A stretch of DNA of 20,000 nt, from the IMG/VR virus record IMGVR_UViG_3300043571_000263; one strand, written 5' to 3'. A model generated the notes under the pieces. That model was not told the DNA's origin, did no database searches, and saw nothing but the letters and a program-made list of their open reading frames with translations. Each line of letters opens with the position of its first letter. The stretch's first letter is position 1. Made by a program: the position numbers and the translations under genes. The DNA is from an uncultured virus (IMG/VR IMGVR_UViG_3300043571_000263) (lineage: Duplodnaviria; Heunggongvirae; Uroviricota; Caudoviricetes). Shown here in pieces: positions 8,850-15,705 of this stretch.

Positions 8850-9214
8850 TACCTTGCGATTTCCTCGTAAACCTTGGCCTTTCCAGTTGCAAAAGCGATA
8901 GACGTATATCCTTGTGTTAATTCTATTTCGTAAACATTCTCTCCAGCCGTAAGGTTTGAAGCTTGTGTGCCAGTCATTACAATCTCAATGGTTCCGTCCG
9001 AACCAAGCGTAATGCCGTTTCCAGCCGTCAACGAAAGAAGCGTGGCACTACCCTTTGTGCATTCCCTAATCACAAATGAGGCTCCGTATGTCGAAAGATC
9101 AACGGGAACGTTGGTCTTTTTGTTGCAGGACTTGGTTAAATAACGGAATTTGGCAGTCCAAGTTTTACCTTGAACGATAACAATATCTCTCTCAAGTCTC
9201 CAGTAGTTCGTCAT
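8849..9214 (-). CDS. LtfC/p132-like beta-sandwich fibre-adaptor protein, copy 2 (121 aa from MTNYW)
   Basis: The pattern I-x-QG-x-T-W...PVDLSTYGASFVIR...GITLG-SDGTIEI...T.NL...VYEIEL...ATGK..V is typical of this phage adaptor family. The start at 9214 gives an ATGA overlap with the upstream stop, so it is preferred over 9277. Confidence 0.65.
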   Translation of the reverse strand: MTNYWRLERDIVIVQGKTWTAKFRYLTKSCNKKTNVPVDLSTYGASFVIRECTKGSATLLSLTAGNGITLGSDGTIEIVMTGTQASNLTAGENVYEIELTQGYTSIAFATGKAKVYEEIAR

Positions 9215-10461
9215 TGGAATAGGGGTATCCTGTAACTGTTTGTCACGTTGTTGGTAATAATGCTCACTTCCATCCAAAGTATGGCCGTATTAAAGTTGAC
9301 GGTGTTGACGTTGGCTGTATTTGTTGGAACAGCGTTTGTAGAGAAAATAGCGCGTTGAAAGCTAGCCGCGTTTGTATTCGTTAAAGCTGTAAAACCAAGA
9401 CCAAGATTTGTTCGTGTAAGCGCAGCGTTGGTTACGGCAATTGCCCCGCCAACATTAAGATTGGTGACAGCTGTAACAACTCCTGTAGAGGTCAACGTTC
9501 CAGATGCGGTAACATTTGAAAACGTAACATTGTTTGTTGTTCCAAGCTCGACGGCTGTTCTAAAGTTTGTTACGTTGGTATTTGTGAGCCACGTTGCACC
9601 AAGGCCAAGATTTGTTCTACTGGCTGCAATGTTGGCCGTAGCATTTGCTCCAGAAAAATAAATTGGCTCAATATATGAAATATTGTCGGCAAGCGTCCAT
9701 GCGTTTTCTTTGTAAATAAGCTTAACAGCCTCGTCTGCTTGATTTAGGACAATAATATTGGTTGCGGCCCCCAACTGTCTAATTTGTGTAACAGAACTGG
9801 TGTTTCCAGAATGTATAATGGTGGCCACGTCACCGTTAAATGTTGCGCCGTTTGTTGGAAGCGTAACAACGTTTGTCACATTGTTTACAGACGGAGAAAG
9901 GCTATACAGCCAAAGATTGCGCGAGTTTGTTGCAGCATTTGTGGCGTTTGCGGTAACGTTGGTAAAGCTTTGAACCGTTGTGCTGATGGGCGCAGCTTGC
10001 CAAAAGTTTGTAGGACTAATAACCGAGCCGTTGGTGTTAACAAGAACCGGATTTGTGCCAACCCCAAATAGCGCGGTTTGAAATGTTGGTGCGTTTTGAT
10101 TTGTTAATCCGCTCCAAGGTATCCCCAGATTGATGCGTGCGTCAGTTGGATTGGTTGCTCCTGTTCCGCCATTTGCAATTGCCACAGAACCCACAAGACT
10201 GGACGTGTTGATGTTTGTCAGACTGCCTCCGTTGTTGGACGATAGGTTTGTCAAAACAGAAGAAGACGGCTGAAACGCTGATGCTGGATTTGTTGCTGCG
10301 CTTCCAAGGCCAAGACCCGATGTTGCGCTTGAAGCGTTTGCGCTCCAGAAGTTGGTTGGCTGTGTTACAACATTGTTTGTTCCAACCAAAACGCTTCTTG
10401 TCTGAGCAAGCCCAAGACTTGCAAACATCAAAAGTGCGGCAAATAAGAAAGTTTTTTTCAT
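9211..10461 (-). CDS. Thr/Asn-rich tail-fibre-like protein with an N-terminal Sec signal peptide (416 aa from MKKTF)
   Basis: It begins MKKTFLFAALLMFASLGLA|QT and contains the fibre-type motifs IANGGTGATNPTDARINLG, NIAASRTNLGLG and ALTRTNLGLG. The ATG at 10461 lies 2 bp after the upstream stop. Confidence 0.7.
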   Translation of the reverse strand: MKKTFLFAALLMFASLGLAQTRSVLVGTNNVVTQPTNFWSANASSATSGLGLGSAATNPASAFQPSSSVLTNLSSNNGGSLTNINTSSLVGSVAIANGGTGATNPTDARINLGIPWSGLTNQNAPTFQTALFGVGTNPVLVNTNGSVISPTNFWQAAPISTTVQSFTNVTANATNAATNSRNLWLYSLSPSVNNVTNVVTLPTNGATFNGDVATIIHSGNTSSVTQIRQLGAATNIIVLNQADEAVKLIYKENAWTLADNISYIEPIYFSGANATANIAASRTNLGLGATWLTNTNVTNFRTAVELGTTNNVTFSNVTASGTLTSTGVVTAVTNLNVGGAIAVTNAALTRTNLGLGFTALTNTNAASFQRAIFSTNAVPTNTANVNTVNFNTAILWMEVSIITNNVTNSYRIPLFQ

Positions 10462-10463
10462 GG

Positions 10464-10784
10464 TTACATTAGCCTTTTCCAAACCCTTTTGTTTCCAGTT
10501 TGAACGCCGTAGTCATTGGGCCTGATTACGAATGGGTCGTTTTCCGCGTCGGTTCCTTCTGTAAGCTGATAAATTGCAGGAGCACCAGAAATGACCAAAA
10601 AAACAACGATGCCAACAACGTAGGTTCCGTTGATTGTGCTTAGTCCAGCAAGAGAGCCGCTTCCGCCTGTGAGCGTGGTTATTGATGGCTCAACGCGCAA
10701 TATGTTCACGCTTGGCGTTGTGATCGGTGTGGACGAAACCCCGATAACGCTGGAAGATGGAATTGGTATGCAAATTTTACTCAT
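10464..10784 (-). CDS. Small putative fibre/spike-associated protein (106 aa)
   Basis: It overlaps the upstream gene by ATGA. The C-terminal 'YQL..GTDAENDPFVIRPNDY...RVWKR' resembles the D-x-G-x-VI-x-P...W-x-R motif of tailspike N-terminal modules. Confidence 0.55.
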   Translation of the reverse strand: MSKICIPIPSSSVIGVSSTPITTPSVNILRVEPSITTLTGGSGSLAGLSTINGTYVVGIVVFLVISGAPAIYQLTEGTDAENDPFVIRPNDYGVQTGNKRVWKRLM

Positions 10785-11143
10785 TTTGTAACTGTTTCAG
10801 ATATAATGACATTACCTTTGAGCACTGGAGTTTTAGTTGCTCCATTGTATAAAAACAGATCATATACAGCGTCTTTGCACGAAGAAAGATTTTCAGTGTC
10901 GGTTGCGGCAACAAACAGACGAATTGATCCGGTGGTTTCGTTGAGGACAATCCTGCCGTTACTGGTGGACAGCTCCAATATTACAGCTTTACTTTCTGGT
11001 TTTGATCTTACTTGCATTTTGGCGGTATATCCAGAAAGGTCAACGGGAGACGATGGTTCTCCCGTTTCGTAAAACAGTGTTTGATTAAATGTGCCGCCTT
11101 TGAAAATGCAAATGTCGGCAACTGCAATTGGTAGTTCTGCCAT
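10781..11143 (-). CDS. LtfC/p132-like beta-sandwich fibre-adaptor protein, copy 1 (120 aa from MAELP)
   Basis: The sequence IFKGGTFNQTL...PVDLSGYTAKMQVR...LELSTSNGRI...GSIRL...T.NL...AVYDL...VLKGNVII matches the family pattern. The ATG at 11143 is preferred over the TTG at 11155. Confidence 0.7.
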   Translation of the reverse strand: MAELPIAVADICIFKGGTFNQTLFYETGEPSSPVDLSGYTAKMQVRSKPESKAVILELSTSNGRIVLNETTGSIRLFVAATDTENLSSCKDAVYDLFLYNGATKTPVLKGNVIISETVTK

Positions 11144-11161
11144 AATAATCAACAATAGAAT

Positions 11162-13006
11162 CTACCAATTAGACCTTAAAGTCAAGCGTTGTTTTATCTT
11201 CTTAAAGCCCTCTCTGTTCTTTTGTTTTATCTCTGATATTGCCTCGCTTCCAGCCATTGCTCCAAAAACCTTTCGCGCAACAAACAGACCAACAGCAAAA
11301 GAGTCGAACAAGTCGGGAGATTTTCCTATGCGCTTTTTCATGTCGGTCTTGGACTCAATGATAATCTTTCTGGTTCTCCGAACATATTTTCGCTGCGTCA
11401 TCTCCCAAGCCAAGTCTGGGGTTACGCCTTTTAATTGCTCGTTCTCAAGAAAGTATCTACCAACAAAGCACAATTCGCTGGCCATATTGTGGAACAGCTC
11501 TTTCCCAACCTGCGGTTTTCCCGTAATCTCGTTTCTGAGTGCGTATTGCGCCGATACGGGTAGGTCGGATGCCGCGCCAGCAAAGCTTACCGCGTGCCAG
11601 CCCCTCAATAGCTCTCTTTCACCAATAGACCAAAATATGCCGCCAGCCGAGGCGTCCACGCCCATCCACTGATTTGGTATTCCAAGTTTATCGGCAAGGT
11701 CTTTGATTTGATAAATCATCTCATATTGGAAATCCTCTTGGCTTCCCTGCCTCCTGTTAAGGACGTATTGTTTTTCTACGGCAATCGCCCATTTTCCTGT
11801 TATCAGCTTTCCGTATTTAAGATGGGTAAAAACAAATCTGTCGCCGCCTTCGGTGTAGCTTGGGTCAACTCCAGCTATGTCTTTGGGTGTTCCGTCCCAT
11901 ATTGGCTTGTCCAATGCGCCGTGGCGGGCCAAAAGGATGTCGCTAAAGATTGTAGTGTCATCGGCGTCTGCTGGTGGCCAGAACCCGCGAAACTTTCTCC
12001 AATACTGTGGGTTAAGTTCTCCAAGCTCCTTTCTGGCAATAGCAACATCGTTGGGCTTGGGAAGGAATGGATAGCGCAGCCCCTTTCCCGCGTCAAACGA
12101 TTGCTGGTTGGGATTGTCCTTTTCAGAGTCAAACCGAAGGCACAGCCCTTCAATGCCCGCCACCCTTATCTTCCAGTGTGATGTTTCTTCGTCAACGCTC
12201 ATCCAGCCCTTAATGGGTTCGCAGAACTTTCCGTGGGGGTCAAAGATTGAGGATGGGTTTCCCGCGCCAACCACATACAGCTCTTGCGCCCCCTTAAAGC
12301 CCCAGATAGCCTCATTGATCACGGAAGCCGAACAGTCTTGCAATTCGTCGATGATCAGAACGATACGGCGGTTCTTCTTGCCCTGAAGTCGTTTCTGCGC
12401 GTCATCCTTAAATTCGTCGCCAGCCGCCAATAGCATGATGGAAGATGCGTCGGACACGCCAACAGAGGCGTCAATCACTTTTCCCTCTTCGTCTGACAGT
12501 TTGATGATGTCCATGGACTCGATTAAACGCCCCGGAGCTACACCAAGGGCTTGGGCCTCTCTATACATCTTTACCAGTGCGCCCCAAATCCGCTGCTTCG
12601 CGTCAATCTTGCTTGTCGAAACAACGATGACCATAGTGTTTAGGGGGTCACAAAACCAGCTCACAAGGCCAAATGCAGCCATGTCCCAAGACTTTCCTGA
12701 GTCTGTGCCGCCAGCTAGACCCGTAACACCCCTTACATACTTGTTGTTGTTATCAATCTCAACGTTGTTCATGCAGAACGCTTGTGCTCTTAGCTCTGCC
12801 CATTTGTGCCAAGCAAAGGTTGGCCAGATTGTTGAAACAATGTTTTTGTAATGAACTGCCCTTCCGAGTCCTCCGTCCTCCTTGCTCAAGCCAGCTAGGA
12901 ACGCGTCCATCTCAATTCTGAGCGGAGTAATGGCCGCCCCGCTCTTGGGATACCACAGCCTTCCATATTTTTCAATCGCCCCGTCAGCGTTAATTGCTGT
13001 TGCCAT
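11162..13006 (-). CDS. terL: Terminase large subunit (614 aa)
   Basis: It has Walker A (GLAGGTDSGKS), Walker B (VLIIDELQD), the coupling motif GAGNP, the RNase H-like nuclease motif IAGVDPS...GGDR and the C-terminal ESK..MKKRIGKSPD..DS typical of TerL. Confidence 0.92.
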   Translation of the reverse strand: MATAINADGAIEKYGRLWYPKSGAAITPLRIEMDAFLAGLSKEDGGLGRAVHYKNIVSTIWPTFAWHKWAELRAQAFCMNNVEIDNNNKYVRGVTGLAGGTDSGKSWDMAAFGLVSWFCDPLNTMVIVVSTSKIDAKQRIWGALVKMYREAQALGVAPGRLIESMDIIKLSDEEGKVIDASVGVSDASSIMLLAAGDEFKDDAQKRLQGKKNRRIVLIIDELQDCSASVINEAIWGFKGAQELYVVGAGNPSSIFDPHGKFCEPIKGWMSVDEETSHWKIRVAGIEGLCLRFDSEKDNPNQQSFDAGKGLRYPFLPKPNDVAIARKELGELNPQYWRKFRGFWPPADADDTTIFSDILLARHGALDKPIWDGTPKDIAGVDPSYTEGGDRFVFTHLKYGKLITGKWAIAVEKQYVLNRRQGSQEDFQYEMIYQIKDLADKLGIPNQWMGVDASAGGIFWSIGERELLRGWHAVSFAGAASDLPVSAQYALRNEITGKPQVGKELFHNMASELCFVGRYFLENEQLKGVTPDLAWEMTQRKYVRRTRKIIIESKTDMKKRIGKSPDLFDSFAVGLFVARKVFGAMAGSEAISEIKQKNREGFKKIKQRLTLRSNW

Positions 13007-13035
13007 AAGAATTTGATTATACTATATTATAGCAA
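13007..13035. promoter_or_regulatory. 29 bp divergent promoter region between terL and the terS candidate
   Basis: The minus strand carries TG-C-TATAAT (13034-13026) and a second TATAAT (13021-13016). The plus strand carries TATACT (13018-13023). Confidence 0.6.
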
Positions 13036-13809
13036 ATGGAAGAAAAAAAGAAGCGCGGAAGGCGTCCAACTGATTGGGACTCGCCAGAAAATAGGTATAA
13101 AAAGCAAAACGCATTTAGGCTATTTGTGGCGGATAGGGGCATTTCGGAAATTACTGAAGCTTTAGGGATTAAGAGCCTGACAACCACAAAGCGTTTTATT
13201 TACTCAGAAAATTGGGAAAAATACAAGAAAATTTGGCTTGATAATCCAGACAAGGAAATGCCGTATCCTTGGGAACAAACCACTCCAGCCAAGCTGTCTG
13301 CGCCACCTCCTGACATGAGCCTAATGACTCAAGACAAGAGGCTACAGTGCATTAAAGGGTTTTCAATGTATTGCGCTGGTCGCAACATTGCAGAAATAGC
13401 ACAAGAGCTTAAATTAAGCTATACAACAGTGTGCATGTGGGCCGACGCGCAGAGGTGGAAGGTTTGTCGTGAGCGTTTGGTTAATGACCAGTCTCCCGCT
13501 CCTTGGGAAAGCGAAGACGTTCCAACTCTTATATCCGACATTACGGCCTCGCTGGAAACCATGAAGAAGTCCATCAAATTTTTGACTGGCAGGGTTCTGG
13601 TTAAAGCGGCGGACGCCGCGCAAGAACTGGACGGAATGGAGGCGTTGGGCATGATGCGAAACATCAAGCAGCTCGCAGAGGCGGCAACCATTAACTTCTC
13701 AGAACCCAACCAGCAATCACAGGTTCAGATCAATATTGCCACGAAGCTTGAATCCTTGAAAATACCAGACAACAATACCTTTGAGGCCGAATTGGTAGTC
13801 AATGAGTAA
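13036..13809 (+). CDS. Putative terminase small subunit / DNA-binding protein with two tandem HTH domains (257 aa)
   Basis: It has a basic N-terminal KKRGRRP and two HTH repeats (AFRLF...ISEITEALGI..TT......ENW; GFSMY...IAEIAQELKLSYTTV..WA....W). A helical region and a TerS-like QVQINI...EAELV tail follow. It is adjacent to terL. Confidence 0.6.
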   Translation: MEEKKKRGRRPTDWDSPENRYKKQNAFRLFVADRGISEITEALGIKSLTTTKRFIYSENWEKYKKIWLDNPDKEMPYPWEQTTPAKLSAPPPDMSLMTQDKRLQCIKGFSMYCAGRNIAEIAQELKLSYTTVCMWADAQRWKVCRERLVNDQSPAPWESEDVPTLISDITASLETMKKSIKFLTGRVLVKAADAAQELDGMEALGMMRNIKQLAEAATINFSEPNQQSQVQINIATKLESLKIPDNNTFEAELVVNE

Positions 13810-14392
13810 TCCGCTTAAATTTTGCCTAAGCAGAAAAGAGGCTGTTCCCCCAAATGGCTTTCGTTGCATTTGCCCCATGACGGACGTGATGGTTCGCGCT
13901 GCTGATTTTGGAGAGCTTGTTAAAGAATGCACCAAGACGATTATTTCTCTTGGGCTTGTTCCTCCTGCGGATTTGATCAGAGAAGTGGAAAATGCGGTCT
14001 GCAATGAACTTCCCGGCTACAAATTTTGCAAGCCCTGCTCGCAAGTTAGGCAAACCCTTGGCTTTGGAGAAATAACGCGGTGGGTTACGGCAATGTATAA
14101 ATTTGCGAAGGACGCAAGGTTCTCACTTGTCGAACAAGAAGAAGCTGAACGGAGAGCTAAAATCTGTGCTTCTTGCCCTCACCAAATTGAGGCGGCTGGA
14201 TGTTGGGGTTGCAAGGGAATTGCCGGAATGCTTCCACACATTGCTGGTGCAAGAAAAACATCTTTTGACCCTCAGCTTAAAGCTTGCGGGGTTTGCGGCT
14301 GCTACAATTCGGTTAGTGTTCATTTGCCTGTTGATATTCAAGGTGGAGAAAATTTAGAGTTTCCCGATTGGTGTTGGAAGAAAAAAGTTTAG
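13802..14392 (+). CDS. Cys-rich, probably metal-binding protein (196 aa); C-terminal half DUF6171-like
   Basis: It contains RRAKICASCP, GCWGC, CGVCGC and PDWCW, plus N-terminal Cys clusters, and overlaps the upstream gene by 8 bp. Confidence 0.65.
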   Translation: MSNPLKFCLSRKEAVPPNGFRCICPMTDVMVRAADFGELVKECTKTIISLGLVPPADLIREVENAVCNELPGYKFCKPCSQVRQTLGFGEITRWVTAMYKFAKDARFSLVEQEEAERRAKICASCPHQIEAAGCWGCKGIAGMLPHIAGARKTSFDPQLKACGVCGCYNSVSVHLPVDIQGGENLEFPDWCWKKKV

Positions 14393-15702
14393 CCAATATC
14401 TTGGAATCTTGTGATTGGCTTGTTGAATAGCATCTTGCAGCTATCGGTTGCGCCCTCGCGCTGTTTGGCAACAAGAAACTCTACATACGGTGTTTGTGTC
14501 TGGTTTTCGGGGTCTTCGTCGTCCCTGTGAATCATGATCACAATATCCGCATCTTGCTCGATGGCTCCGCTGCCCTTAAGGTCTGCCATGGTTGGCTTGC
14601 CCTTTCTCTTTTCTGGGTCGCGGTTTAGCTGTGCCAAAATCAGAATTGGCACATTCAGGCTCTTGGCAAGCTCTTTGACGCCATTGCTGATTTCCTCGAC
14701 CTCGCACACCCTGTTTTCCTTTCCACGCTTTGAATCGCCGTGAATAAGCTGAAGATAGTCTATAACGATCAAGTCTATTGGCTGTTTTTGGTGCGCCCTT
14801 CTGGAAACGGCCTTGATATACCCCATGCTTTTTCCTGAGCTGTCATCGCACAGTATGTCCGATTCCATGATTTCTTGTGTCGCGTTTGCCAATGCCATTT
14901 TTTGATCATTGGTTACGGCGCGGGCCAAAAGATGGGCAACAGGAACTTTAGCCCTTGAGCGAATCATTCTTTCCATCAGTGAAACGCTTGTCATCTCTAA
15001 AGAGAATATCAGAACCCTCTTTTTCAGGTCTAACGCCACATGCTCTGCAATCTGCATTGCGGCAGAAGATTTGCCAACGCTTGGGCGAGCCGCCAATACC
15101 GCCATGTCTCCGCCGCGCAGCCCGAACGCCAATATTTTGTCCAACTCCCTCATTCCTGTAGATACTCCGCGTCGTGGCTCTCCACGAAGAATGGCCTCAA
15201 TATTGGAAACAGCCGCGTCGGCAGCGGACTTGATTGAAAGCTTGTCGCCGTCATCAAGCATAAAGTCCGCCTTCATCACGCTTGTCTCGCTCCAGTTTTT
15301 GAGCTGATCAAGCGTCATTTCCCTGTCTCTAGCCTTGTGTATCATGTCTGACGCCAGAAATTCCAAAGAACGGCGATAGCGGGCGTCTTCGAGCTTGGGG
15401 TAGTATCTTGTCCAGTTTGTGTGGGATGGGCAGAATGTGGCAATTTCGGCGATCTTCTGTTGTCCGCCAACCGAGGCAAGCTGTTGCTGCGCTTCAAGTT
15501 CGTTCATTATCGTAACCCAATCAGCCTGCAAATTTTGGGCAATAAGCCGTAGCGCGGCCCGATAAATCAACTTGTGCTCGTTTAGATAAAAATGGTCGTC
15601 TTTTATCTTTTCCACCATTTCTTTTTGCAGCTCTGTCGGTGCATGGCAAATGCAAGAAAGTGTGGCTGCTTCAGCGGATTGTTCGTAGATGATTTCTTTC
15701 AT
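14389..15702 (-). CDS. dnaB: Replicative DNA helicase, DnaB family (437 aa)
   Basis: It has the DnaB N-terminal domain (AE...L...DDHFY...HKLIY) and the motifs LAARPSVGKS, FSLEM, IVIDYLQL, LAQLNR and DLKGSGAIEQDADIV. Confidence 0.95.
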   Translation of the reverse strand: MKEIIYEQSAEAATLSCICHAPTELQKEMVEKIKDDHFYLNEHKLIYRAALRLIAQNLQADWVTIMNELEAQQQLASVGGQQKIAEIATFCPSHTNWTRYYPKLEDARYRRSLEFLASDMIHKARDREMTLDQLKNWSETSVMKADFMLDDGDKLSIKSAADAAVSNIEAILRGEPRRGVSTGMRELDKILAFGLRGGDMAVLAARPSVGKSSAAMQIAEHVALDLKKRVLIFSLEMTSVSLMERMIRSRAKVPVAHLLARAVTNDQKMALANATQEIMESDILCDDSSGKSMGYIKAVSRRAHQKQPIDLIVIDYLQLIHGDSKRGKENRVCEVEEISNGVKELAKSLNVPILILAQLNRDPEKRKGKPTMADLKGSGAIEQDADIVIMIHRDDEDPENQTQTPYVEFLVAKQREGATDSCKMLFNKPITRFQDIG

Positions 15703-15705
15703 GGG

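Noticed and set aside
9215..9277. Longer N-terminus given by the ORF track (also 10462-10482, 11144-11155, 18193-18210 and 18988-19014)
   Set aside because: Downstream ATGs give coupling overlaps or shorter overlaps, and place the signal peptides at the N-terminus.
4156..11143. Diversity-generating retroelement or invertible fibre cassette
   Set aside because: I saw no reverse transcriptase or invertase and no near-identical TR/VR pair. The paralogous segments are similar only at protein level.
11091..12851. Several plus-strand ORFs (up to 193 aa) over terL
   Set aside because: They are antisense shadows of a well-supported gene.
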